Below, piece by piece: positions 1-12,579 of a DNA stretch of 64,000 nucleotides. Made by a program: the position numbers and the translations under genes. Each line of letters opens with the position of its first letter. Position 1 is the first letter of the stretch. A model generated the notes under the pieces. That model saw nothing but the letters and a program-made list of their open reading frames with translations, was not told where the DNA came from and did no database searches. This DNA comes from Geosiphon pyriformis uo1 (Eukaryota; Fungi; Glomeromycota). Location of the stretch: assembly GCA_016748015.1 (NCBI GenBank), contig JAAOMT010000534.1, forward strand, positions 76,654 to 140,653, read 5' to 3'.

Positions 1-43
1 AAGAAAACTTTTCAACGAAAACAATACTCTTTATTTTTTCAGC

Positions 44-140
44 TTACCTACCTACCTATCTACCTACCTACCTACCTACCTACCCTACCTACCTACCTAC
101 CTACCTACCTACCCTACCTACCCTACCTACCCTACCTATC
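44..140. repeat. (CCTA)n microsatellite
   Basis: Imperfect tandem ccta/cccta/tcta run just upstream of the first gene. Confidence 0.9.
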
Positions 141-204
141 CATCCAATAAAAGAATTTAAAAACCACCCTCAATACTATTTACCCTGGAGTTTTATCATT
201 AAAT

Positions 205-1198
205 ATGTCTTCAACTTCTTCTTCCCCATCTTCTTCACCACAAGCTTTTACCGAAGACTATCAACAGAAAGCAAGAGGAACTCATGTTCGTGTTCAAAGA
301 GTCAAGGTGACTCCAGTTCAAAGACAAAAATCACCAAGTGTACCGTATGATTCTCCAGTTTTAAACAGAAACTGTACAAGGTGTAAAGAATCTTCCAATT
401 GTGTCAAAGTTTTATCAAGTAAATTGGGAAGAATCGAAGAATTGGTAAATACCTTGGAAAGAAAAACATATCGTGATCAATCTATGCATGATCCTGCAAA
501 GGTTAATATCAAAATTTAATTCTTTGAATCGTTGAAATTATTTGGCTTTTTGTTTAATTTTAATATCAAAGACTTTAAAAATTATTCACTAACTAAAAAT
601 TTTTAAAACTTAAATTTTTGAATCCTTTTCGGGAAATATTTAGAAGGCACAAATTCAAAAATGGAATGCAATTCGCAACACGAATCTTTCACGTCGAGGT
701 TTAGATCTGTCAACTATCAGTTTTGATGATCTTCAAAAATTAGTAGCCGTCGCCACCAACATCCCATTCCCGTCTTTACCTGCCCCACCAAAACCACATT
801 CAATTGAATCAATCATCTCACCACCCACCCCTACATCGCTATCAACAACAACAACAACATCAATAACAACAACAAAAACAACAACAACAACAACATCATC
901 ATCATCATCATCATCATTATCAACATCATCATCATCATCGTCAAGCAGAAAAGCATCTATTGCAAATATAACTAATAACTTCATATCTAATGAACAACGC
1001 ATCATTTATTCGGAGCCTCCACAATCAGAGTTCAACTCTGCTCCAATCGCTGTTGCATCAAGCGCAACACATCCTCAAGGATGTCGCCCTCCTGTTCAGG
1101 CTGCAATCGCACTTAAAGCAGAAGCGTTGCGAAAGGATTCTGGTTTCAGTGAAATTGAGAATGGCTCTACCCAACAACAAACTCCAAAAATTCGATAA
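205..1198 (+). CDS. Hypothetical protein, ~283 aa, with a CxxC...C + coiled-coil segment and a Thr/Ser low-complexity tract
   Basis: Exon 1 205-501; intron 502-643 (GT..AG; alternative acceptor at 646); exon 2 reads KAQIQKWNAIRNTNLSRRGLDLSTISFDDLQKLV...TTTT..SSSS...QTPKIR to TAA at 1196-1198 in a continuous frame. Confidence 0.75.
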
Positions 1199-1914
1199 CT
1201 GCAATGATTGGCCATTGAAATTAAAATTTCCCTGATTACGAGCTATCTTGCAAAAATCATGTAATCCCTGGGCTCTTAATTAATCACTCTCCTTGTTTTT
1301 GTCTCGAATATCCTTTGTCTTCGAGTTTAATTTTTGTTATTCCTTTTCACCAAGATATTTTCTCTTATCCAAAATAGTACAGATCGCATATTTGTTTGTT
1401 TTTTTACTTCATCCCATCCCATCCCATCCCATCTGATGGAGTTAAACCATAATTTCATTCATCATTATACCCAAATTCAGTTTATGACACGCACTTCTGA
1501 TCATCCTCTATTTTGAAAATATTGGTAAAAAAAAAAGGGCCATAACTATGATTGTGAGTGATGATTCGCTGCCTACTTTGCCTCTCATTTATAATCGAAT
1601 TTCAATGTTTTATGTGACAATTTCTATTCTTCATTATGAATTGGAGTTTTTTCTCACAGCTTATATCTCCTTTTCACATATCGGATTCCTAGAGACTTTC
1701 ATACGTGGCAAATTGCCTTTTCAATTTTGTGTATTCTTCAAATACCCATCAGTGATGGTGATAAAATGATGATTCTATTCATTGAGCGGAGACGATAGAC
1801 TTGAGTACTCGTTTTCTCAACCCTTGTTAATAAACAAATTTATAATATTTGCACATATCAAAATTTTATCTATTTACTTTTTAGTTTGATAAGAGGTAGG
1901 AAATCTCCCTTGAT

Positions 1915-2038
1915 GTGATGAAAAACGAACGTATGATGACAGCCTCTTTTGAAGAGGCAAAAGCAACAGATTGCGGAACTGAGGCTTTGGGCACATGATT
2001 TGATTGGTGCTCAATCCGAGATCAATGATTACCTCTGA
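1915..2038 (+). ncRNA. Possible box C/D snoRNA-like RNA
   Basis: RTGATGA at 1915-1921 and 1933-1939; CTGA at 1979-1982 and 2035-2038; hairpins GCCTCTT/AAGAGGC (1942-1958) and TTGGGCAC/GTGCTCAA (1987-2014); no guide target established. Confidence 0.25.
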
Positions 2039-2485
2039 TAGGCACTCTAAATCGCCTTATCTGTTCGACGTTCAGTTTCTGCTGTCACCGATATATCATG
2101 TGGGGAAAAATTTTCGGGGGGAAGGGGTTTTGGTAAGGGTTACCTATCTAAAATCGTCTGATTCTTTTTAAGTTACAAATGAAATATTGTAATCTTATAA
2201 TTGTAAAATAATAAAGTATTAATAATAAAATAATAATTATAAAGAAGGCTCAAAGACCTCATTATCTGGAGTTTTACGCAACAAATGCAGATTTGTTTTT
2301 GGTTAATCTAATATAAAAGTAGTAGCGCCATTTGAAAGAAGACGTGAAATTTAACAGTGAAGTGGAAGTGTTAAAAAGGGCCGTGTGAGCGTCAAAAGTG
2401 GTTGAAAGTTTAAATGCTGAAATGAAATCCCTGCTGGTTATGGATGATTATCAGTGGGAAACAAGTTTTAAAATATCAACAATTT

Positions 2486-2488
<3 letters not shown>

Positions 2489-2553
<65 letters not shown>
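2489..2553. repeat. (AAT)n microsatellite
   Basis: Perfect AAT run. Confidence 0.95.
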
Positions 2554-4649
2554 CTAATTACATTGTAGATAAATTATCAAAAAATTGTTTTTTCTCATTC
2601 TCATTTTTTTTATTTGAATAAACATAAAATATTAAAATTTTGGGGATTCAATCAATCATGTTTTTGTTTTTTTTTGGTATGCTTGTTAAAACAAACAAAA
2701 AAACCATAAATTTTTTATACAAAAAGATAGCATCATCATCATCATCATCATCAAAACCTTATTTCAATATTCTGGTTTGTTAAAAAAACTTCAGTGTTAT
2801 TCGGAGTTGGGCGGACCTTGAATCCGGAATTGTGATTCAAAAACTTGAATTTCTTTTTTCCGAGTAGATCTCCCGAAATAATTACTATCTGTATTTTAAA
2901 TCTCTTTACACTGTTCTTATTGAAATAAACAGTAAGAATTTTTCCATAGAACTTAATTTTTAGGAAAAGTTTTGATTTTCACATCTTTAATCTATCTTTC
3001 TAGTTTTTGATTCAAAATATTTGGTATCAGTCCGATAGTTCACAAAATCCCAAACTAGTTGCGCTTGTTTAAAGAAATCTTTTTCTAAAATTTTCATAGC
3101 AATTTTTTTGACGTTAACTATAGTTATTTTTAAATTTTAGACCAGTCTGGAATAATTTCCTTAAGAGCGTGACCCAAATTTGGTTTCAAGTTACCACATC
3201 ACGAACTTCTTTTTAATCGAATGAGTCACACCAGTCCAAAAAAACTTGTGGATAATGAGAATCTGGGAATTGAACAATCAAAAACTTCTATTAGAATATT
3301 ATGTCATCAGAATTGAGGCTTGCATTTTTTGAACATACGCACGTTTTGAAACAGGTTTTATACATTCGTAAAAGACAGAGATTTTCATGGCTGGCTAACT
3401 AGACAGTCGGTTAGAGACGAAATAAAATATATATCCTGTTGCCAATCTTGAGTGATTTCTATACAAGTATTTATATTGGGTGCCAATCTATTTTTTAAAT
3501 TATATCTCAAATTTTATTTATGATATAACGACTGACATTTATTGCTGATATCTATTTTCCCTTCCTTTTTTTAGACAACTTATTTTTGGATCCTAATATT
3601 CTATGATAGGCTATTTTTTACTGAAAAGGAATTTCCTTCCTTGGCATTAAAATTTAAATTAAAAAGAAAATATTTTTGCATTGAGAATTCTAAATTTGAA
3701 AGTATTACGACAGTAAGCGATATATTAAAGATAAATATATTTAATGAATAAAAGGTTTTTTAAAAAACCTTGATGTAATTTTTATAAGTTATTTTTGAAA
3801 ATATGGTTTATACCAAAGATTTTCTATAAAAATATGATAAAAATAACTTGAAAATTCTTCACAGGAATAATATTTTTAGGCTAAATTTTACCTGATGTTA
3901 TTAAAATACTTTTTAAAATTGAATCAAAAACTCATTTTTTTAGTAGCTGTGATAATTTTTCTTTCTATATGTGCAGAAAAGCTGTAGAAGTTTGAGAAAT
4001 CTGTGGAATGCAGAAAGGCTGATGCAGTTAAAAGAAGAAACAATGGGTCAAGGATTTTGAGGGAGTAAGAAAAGTGGGAGACGCAAGCATAAAATTTGTA
4101 ATAATGACTTCGTAACTCAGGTGTTGGGAGGAGGGGAATTTACAAAACTGTTTACATCCGTTTATACATTTATCCATTTGAGGGAATGTTTGATACAATG
4201 TTACCATCTATTTTTTTTTAATAAATTATACTTCTTTAATATGATTTTACAATCTTATAAACTCTTTCACAAACACTAGCTGCAGTGAAAAACGTGTTTA
4301 CCAGACTTAAAGCTGAAAATTCTCTTTTGCAAGCCGAAAGAAATGTTAAATGCCAAGGTAAAGAGGCCACACAATGCAAGTACTCCTATTATTCTATATC
4401 ATACAACATTCACAGTTTTTTTTAGAAAAAAACTTTATCAAACTTGCAATTACGAAAGAGGATAATACATTTTGTTTTCTGCGTTTTAGTGTAATTTAAC
4501 GGATACATTATTAAAAAATTTTGAGTAAATATTCATTCTTGCAATTATCATGTTAATTATTTATGTTATTTATTACTTAAGTATAAACTTATAATAACAT
4601 ATCATAATAGAAATTAAAAATAGTTTTTTAATTTATTAATTATATAAAA

Positions 4650-5450
4650 GATTAATAAATAATATAAAAACAATAATAGATTGTTTATAAAATATTTCCA
4701 AAACATTTCAAACTCAATCTAAATTACAGCAAAAATTATATTCTTAATAAAATCAAGGTAAACCTATAAATAATGGCAAAATAAAAATTAATTAAAACTT
4801 TAAATGAAAAAAAAATTAGTATTGAATAAAAATTTATTTTACTTTTAAAATTGTAAAATATTTTTATGAGCAAAAATAGATTTTAATATGCTTAAAATTG
4901 TTAAAACATTATTTAATCAACAATATTCTAATATTAAATAAACTTTTAATATTAAAAAAATATTATAAAATAACAATATACAAGCAAATAGTAAAAATCT
5001 TAATATTTAATAAAAAACTTATCTATTGGTTATATTATATTATTCTTAAAAAAATGTTTAAAAACAACCAGAAAAAAAAGCAAAATAAAATTATTAATAA
5101 TATAACTCTTGTACTAAATGTAAATACAATTATTCTTTTTACTTTTTAAATAATAAATACAAATTGTGTTTAAACTTTTTCAAAAATTGAAAACTAATTA
5201 ATTTAATTTTTGATAAAAAAATCAAAGCTGTACAAAAAAATTGATATTAAAAATTTATTAATATTATTTAATAATACTACAGATTTAAGCACTATTATTA
5301 AATGCAAATAGTATTATTAAATAATACAATTATATTATTGGTTATATAAGTTTATTTTATAATATACAAAAAAAAAGAAACAAAAGCTATAAAAAATGTT
5401 TATAAAATAAAAAAATTATAATATTATTATTATTTATTTTTAGACAAAAA
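4650..5450 (+). pseudogene. Highly decayed relic, possibly a Crypton-type tyrosine recombinase
   Basis: Weak residual motifs NGKIK (~4771), FKNNQKK (cf. SKNNQRG, ~5056) and IIGYIS (cf. ITGHxS, ~5334) in the expected order; each needs back-mutation to match. Confidence 0.25.
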
Positions 5451-5849
5451 TTAGCTTAAAATTATTTAAGAAATAATAATTAAGTCTTATTAAAAGCACA
5501 AAAACAAATAAAAAACTAAAACTATTATATTAAAGTTAAACCAAAAATTTTTCAATTAGTTATTGAAAAAACGCGATTTTTAAATATTCAATTTAAAAAA
5601 CAAAGAAAAAAAATTCATTAAAAAGTTGTAAAATAGTAAACATAAATTGAAATAATATTGTCTAAATATTTAATTAATATGTTTTTTATAAGATATTTAT
5701 CATATTATTTTATTTTATTAGAAGAATTTTTTTTTTTACAAATAAGACTTAAATACAATCTAATACAATACATCAAAAAAACTTATATTAAAATAAATAT
5801 GAATTATATATTGTTTATATGTAATTAATTACTTGACCAGTTAAAGTAA

Positions 5850-6069
5850 TATTATAGTTTTATATTAATACTAATATTATTATTGACACCTAAAAAAAAT
5901 AAACACAACTTACACATATCAAAACAGATACCAAAAATCTTATTCAGACTCAACAGTCTAATAATGCCATCAGAAAACAGAGATAGCAAACCAAAAACAT
6001 CAAGAACCAAAGAATTATTATACAGAATCAAACCATTTTTTTTAATAAAGCTCTGTATTTAGCATACAC
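5850..6069 (-). mobile_element. LINE copy 1, 3' end of ORF2, separated from its body by the Gypsy insertion
   Basis: Minus strand reads VYAKYRAL..NGLILYNNSLVLDVFGLLSLFSDGIIRLL..FGICFDMCKLCLFFLGVN; it joins in frame to the sequence at 15551 and is homologous to the end of LINE copy 2 (~22800-22950). Confidence 0.8.
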
Positions 6070-6827
6070 TATTACCAATCAAAATTTGAGATATTATTTA
6101 GCATAAAATTATTTTTATAATTCTTATTATTAATTAAAATATATTATTATTTTAATTTATCACTTATTATTATATTAAATTATCCAAAATATCATTTAAT
6201 TAATAACCCGATTTGTACAGAACACAAATATAACCAAATTATAATGATTAGATTATGCAATACACCGAATTATATAATATTTAGAATTTGCCAAAATATT
6301 TAGTAATTCGCCAAAATATTCAATAGTTCACCGAAATAATCTATAGTTCATAAAAATAACTTGTAGTTTGATAAAATATATCTTTAATTCACTAAAATAT
6401 TAGAAAAAAAAAGTGCTAGGTTATAGAATAATATTACAACAAGTTGTATAAAAAAAAAGCTTCTCTTTTCAAAAAAATGTATTTTAACTAGAACCAAAAT
6501 TTTTCTTAGTACTTTCTATACAAATTAATTTCAATAAAACTTACTTTAAAAAACATCAGAATCCTTAATTATTTTTGTTTTGAAATTGATTAGCTATCAA
6601 TTTCAGTAAACATTAGTAACTTTTACTGCAAAGTAACTATACAAGTAATTAGTATAGAATTGGTCATTTCATTATAAGTTTAACAACATATATGGTCCAA
6701 AGTATAGAGAGATGTTTTGAAAGAGAAATTAATTTATCAAAGATTTATTGACTTTTATTAACAGCAGAATTACCAGCAAAATAGCATTAACAATATTTAA
6801 AAAAGGGTAAAAAAACTTTCAGTAATA
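6070..6827 (+). repeat. 5' LTR
   Basis: Starts TATTACC (ancestral TG..), ends ..CAGTAATA (ancestral ..CA); aligns along its length with 14584-15550. Confidence 0.88.
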
Positions 6828-6899
6828 TTTAGTGCTTTCCCAGAAATAACACAGTAACAATTAAATCAAAGTGGTAATTCTATTAAACATAATAACTCT

Positions 6900-8500
6900 A
6901 GAGTATTAGTTAATTTACATCTATTGCAAACAATGATTTAAAATCCGAAACAAAATCACAGCTTTTAAGAAAACACTTTTTTAATATATCAAAAATCAAA
7001 TCAATGACTATTTTTTTGGAAATTCTAACATTATAAGTAAAACTTTGTTGAAAATTTAATTTGCTATTCAAATAAAAAATTAGAAAATATTAATGCTAAT
7101 GCTTATGCTACTTATTTTAAAGAACTTAAATACAATATTATTTAGTTTTGTGGAAAAAAATACTCTGTTAATTCACAATTTGTTCTTGAATTTAAGTTTC
7201 AGTCTGAAACTAGTAACAAAGACAAAAAAAACATCTAACTAGTTTATATAACACTTAATATACCAAAAACAATTTTTTAATACTTGTAAACACCTAAACA
7301 AGAAACTAATTCTAAATTATTACTTTTAATTATACTTTTTTTAGCCTTACTTGCTCAAGTATAAACACTTAATTTACTTTATAACTGATTTTCAAGACCA
7401 GAAAACTTTACCAAAAGTTCTATTTAACAGTCAAAACTAATCTATACTAACACTAATTTTTTTGATTTTTTAGTAAAGAATAAGAGTAAATATTTAGAAA
7501 TATTAGTCAACAAAAAAAACATTCTTAAATTTATTAAAAAAGAGAAAAAAAAAACAAAGAAACAAAAACCACAGATCACAAAAAATATAAAGAAATAGCA
7601 ACTACTTATATTGCAAAAATTTCTGATTTTTCCAAAATAAACATTAATACTAGTCTTTAAGAATAACTTAACTAAGTTACCAAAACAGAAGAACTAATAA
7701 ATAGATTACAAAAAAAATATTATAAACAATTTCTTATTTTCTTAAAGGAATTACAAGTAAATAGTTCAAAAATCTGGTCATTTTTTTTGCAGATTGGCAA
7801 ATTTTTAAAACTGCTTTTCTTAAACAGTTTATTAACAACAATACTTTAATTACTCTTTGAAATTATTTTCAAAATATTAAATAAAAATTATCTAAGTTTG
7901 TTATAATTTATATTGAAAAGTTTAATAAACTTTTTAAAAAAATTTGCCAACTAAAAACAAATGCTTATTATTCTGATATCCAAGTTTTAAATCAATTTAT
8001 TACTGGTCTAAAAAATAAATTTATTAAAAATGTTCATCTATATGCTTCTGCAAATTAAGCTATTGCTATTTAATATGCTAAAAACTATAAAATAGTTATA
8101 AAAAAAGCAAACTACACCAAAAAACCAGTTTAACAGCTAAAAAAAAATCAACCAATTTATTTAAAAAATTGAAACATATTTTACTAATTAACAGTAGAAA
8201 TATTAACTACTATAAAGAAAACATTAAAAAAATATATTATTATTTAACAACTATTAATCTTAACAGTTAAATTATTATTATTGTAAAATTTTTGGACATT
8301 AAAAATGTAATTGCAAAAAATACAAAAAAACCAACAAAGAAAGAATAATTAAAATTATTTTCTTTAGTAATAGCAGTTATATTATTTATTTTTATTTGTT
8401 TATTATTTGCCAAAATTTCAGTCTACTTATTATTAATTTGCTTTACAACAACTACTATAATATTATCAATTACTTTTAGTTAAAAAATTGGTTCAACTTA
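6900..8500 (+). pseudogene. Gypsy gag relic
   Basis: Position after the PBS; residual FKTAFL.QF, ..FNKL, QVLNQFITGLK and a decayed knuckle (Y YCKIFGH.K.NC, ~8275-8315). Confidence 0.65.
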
Positions 8501-8849
8501 ACTAATTTACACTACAAAACCATTTTTTGTCAAACAACAACAGATTTAGTTCTAATAATTAATTAATACTTAATAACAATAATTAATAACTATCCAGACA
8601 TTTTTAAATTTAACCAAGTTATCTTACAATGTCAAAAGACCAGAATTTTTACTATATAATACTCTTAAAAGATAGAACTACAGCATAACAACTAAACTTT
8701 TCTCTCAATAATAGTACAATTTTATTAGCAAAAATAGCCAAAAATACAAATATTTTTAACATTTTTTTATTCGAATTAAAAGCCAATAAATCACTTTTTT
8801 TATTCAATAATATTGTTGCTTCAAAACAAAAAGCCATTATAATGATATA

Positions 8850-9180
8850 TACTAAAACAAAAATTAAAAAAAAATTAATTTAATTAATTTTAAACAATAA
8901 ATTTGCTGAAAGTATTATTATTTACTAGTTGATATAATGATTAAAAAAATATTAACCAATCTGTTTAAACAATGATTGTAATTGTTAATAGTATAAAAAA
9001 AACATCAGTAAAAAAATTAATAATTTTTTTTTACAATTAATAAAATCATTATTCTAATCAAAGTTTTTATTAGAAATAATTGGTTTTTTAAAGCCAATGC
9101 CAACTTAAATTGAAAAATACAAGAACTAAAATTTTTTATCAAGAACAATATATTAAAGTACTTGTCACTTATAATACTTT
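8850..9180 (+). pseudogene. Gypsy aspartic protease relic
   Basis: LILNNKFAESIII (cf. LILDSGSAGSII) and IRNNWFFKANANLN (cf. LGNDWL). Confidence 0.7.
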
Positions 9181-10189
9181 TAATAAATAATAAAAAAAAA
9201 CACTAGTTTTCGAATTTAAAAAAAAACTTCAATAACTAAAACTTATATGACACTTAATTATTGGTTTAATTGGATTGAAAAAACAAAATAACTTTTTAAG
9301 ACTTCCAAATTACAATCAATATTATCATAGTTTAAAAAATTTAATTAACTAGCTATATCTATATTAATAAATAAATTAGTTAACAGTTAGTATGTTTTGT
9401 ACTTAAAATTAAAACCAAGAAAACAATTATTTTATATTTTACTTAAATACAAAGTTTGCAACAATAAGCTTTTATTTATGAGAGCTTATATATTATTAGA
9501 AAAAAATATAAAATACACACATATTACTATTATAAAGTCTGTTATAAAGAATAATTTAATAATCTAAAATAAAGTAAAAAATAAAACAATATATCTTATT
9601 TTATATGTAAAAATTGCTATTAGAAAAATGCAACTGAATTAATATTGCAATAAAAGAAAATATTTGTAATTAAATCTGTTAATAAGTACTTTTTATTTTT
9701 GAAAAAGTAAAAAAAGAAACATTATTTACAGCAGTCTATAATAGTGTTCTAACAAATTCTATTATTATTTACATAATGCTAACATGATTTATAAACTAAT
9801 TATAGTTTTTATTAATAAAAAATTCTAAAAAAATGTTTATTAAATAAAAAAACTAAGTATATTAAATATACAATAAAACTAATAGAATTTAATTATAAAG
9901 ATAAAATAGAACTTTATTATATAATTTCTAATTATGTTTATTTATTAAAAAAATTCAAATTCAATAGTTAGAACAAATAAAATATTTAATTATGTAAAAA
10001 ATGCATTATGCTCTGTAATAATATATAATGTCTTAAATATTATACTCTTAACATATTATTACTTATTGAAAATAATTAAAATAAAATTGAATTTAAAAAA
10101 ATTTGAAAAAAAAGTCTTAAAAATTTTGATTTATTTTATTAAAAACCAATTTACTTTATCTCTTAAATATTTTAACAACAATAAGCAAG

Positions 10190-10580
10190 GAATTAAATTA
10201 AAAAAAATCTATAAAATTAATACAAGATATGATTTTTAATATTCAAAAAAAGATATTTTTATCTTAAAACTAAAATCACTTACAAAAATTAACTTATAGA
10301 TTGCTCTTAAAATTTTATCAAGAACAATAATACAAATTGCTTTCTAATCATTACTGACAAGCAAAAAAATCAATATTAAAAAAAATCATTGATATAAAAT
10401 ATACTAGAAAAATTACTGTAATGTTCTAAAATAAAATTAAAAAACTTTTTGCAATTAAACATACCAAAAAAATTATTTAAGTTATCTATTTACTCTTAAT
10501 CAACATTTTGGGTTTGCAATTAGTTAAAAATTGAAAAAAACTTGGCAAAAATAAAAAAAAATTCAAGATTTTGGATTAAT
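10190..10580 (+). pseudogene. dUTPase domain relic inside Gypsy pol
   Basis: All five dUTPase motifs in order after back-mutation: NTRYDF (DAGYDL), QIAF*SLL (QIASRSSL), IIDIKYTRKI (IIDAGYTGEI), KKII*VI (EKIAQAI), QDFGL (QGFGS). Confidence 0.8.
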
Positions 10581-11049
10581 TAAACAATTTATAATTTTAG
10601 TAAATATAATTTTCAATATATAAAATAAATTTTATCAGATTTAAGATTATTATAAACAATTATTATCTTACTTTTTAAATAAGTTTAAGAAACATATACT
10701 TGTTTAACACCTATTATTACTCAACAAATTTTTAAGTTAAATAAATAAATTTACAAAAAATATAGAATTTTAATTCCAAATATTTATTTGTTAAATAAAA
10801 TCAAAAAATTTAAGATCATATTTTATAATTTCAACAATTATTTCATTATATTAAATAATTATTTAGAAATTAAAATTATTTACTATAATATTTTTCAGCA
10901 AAAATTATCTTAAATAATTTCAAACTTTGCAAAAATAATTGAACATTTCTTTTAAAAATTCAATTCAATTCTTAGCACCAAAAATTATTATATTGTTATT
11001 AAAAAATTATTTTAAATCAATATGGAACAGTTAGAACTATAACAATAAA

Positions 11050-12350
11050 AACAATTCAAAGAATTAATTACAAAACAAATAAATATATTTACTAAAAATA
11101 ACAATAATTTGAAAAGAAATGATTTGGTTTAATATCAAATTTATACAGATAATATTAAACCAAAACAACAATAAGCATATTAATTTACATTGGAAAACCA
11201 CCAATTTATTCGAAAAAAAATACAATAAATGTTCAATAATAGGTTTATTTAATTATTAATAAATCTTTGGATTTTACTAGTAATTTTATCAAAAAAAAAT
11301 ATTTTTGTGTTGACTACTGTTAACTGAATAATATTACAATCAGAAATGTCTATCTTTTACTACAAATTAATGAATACTAGATGCTTTTGGCAAATCTAAA
11401 TACTTTTCAACATTGAATCTAAAAAGTAAATATTGACAAGTTGTAATAAACTCTAAAAAGCATTTTAAAACAGTTTCTATTATTCAAAAAGAAAATTACG
11501 AGTTTAATATAATGCCTTTTGGATTATATAATACACTAGTAATATTTTAAAGACTTATAAATATTGTTATACTAAACTTCCTTAAAAATCAGTAATTATT
11601 TATTTTGATAATACTAATATTTATTTAAAACTTATTTAGTTTACTTGTAAAAAGTTTTTTAATAATTATGAAAAGCAAAATTAAAATTAAACATAGAAAA
11701 ATGTTATTTTAAAAAGACTAACTTGGTTTTTTTAGAACATATTATTAAAAAAAAAGAAATCAAATCTAATTCAAAAAAAATTAGTATTGTTAAAAACTTT
11801 AAAGTTCTTTAAAACACCACCAAATTAAGAAGATTACTAAATTAGTATTTTACTATCAAGAAATTACAAAGCCATTTAAATATTTAATTAATAAAAATAT
11901 TGAATATAAATAAACAGTTAAACAACAATAAGTTTTTGAAACTCTTAAAGAAAAGTTTACAATAGTTTTAATTTTTTCTACTTAGATTTTAACAAAAAAT
12001 TTTGACTAGTTATAGATGTTTTTTATACTGTATTTAGTGCTATTTTATTTTAATTAAATAATAATAACAATAAGTAAATAATTATTTATGCCAGCAGAAT
12101 ATTAAAACTAACAAAAAAAAATTACTTTATTACTAAATTAAAGATAGCAACAGTAATTTAAGCTCTTTATCATTTCAACTTATACTTTAAACTCAAAAAA
12201 TTCGATATTATTATTGATAATATTGTATTTAAATAGCTACAGAACAAAAATACTAAACTAAATATAAAACAAATCTAATAAACAAAATTCTTACAAACTA
12301 TTAATATGTTATATATCACAAACCAAAAAAGCTTTACACAAATATTAATT
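11050..12350 (+). pseudogene. Gypsy reverse transcriptase + RNase H relic
   Basis: FCVDY..LN; YFSTLNLKSKY*QV; YEFNIMPFGLYNTLVIF*RL (11497-11556); IYFDN at 11598-11612 (YxDD); IYASRILKLTKKNY (RNase H). Confidence 0.88.
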
Positions 12351-12579
12351 GTTTTTTTAAAATAAAACAATATTAAAAACTACAACTGCTATCTAACTTA
12401 ATTAATAACAGCAATCAAACAATAAAACAATAAACTCCAAAAACTACAACAATCTCAAACAATATTTAAAAATATTACAACACCAAAAAATTGGTTTTCA
12501 AGTAAAAAACATTAATTATAACAACAAACAAAACAATATTTTTTACATAATAATATTATTTATTATTAAAATTACAAAA

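Noticed and set aside
733-1005. Minus-strand poly-Asp/poly-Val ORF and the 990-1235 ORF
   Set aside because: Antisense and off-frame shadows of exon 2 of the 205-1198 gene
4260-4360. Coding-like stretch LAAVKNVFTRLKAENSLLQAERNVKCQ before a GT donor
   Set aside because: No start codon or further exons found; at most a gene fragment at the domain edge
6285-6405. CRISPR-like array
   Set aside because: Degenerate ~20-bp tandem units inside LTRs, no spacers or cas genes, eukaryotic context
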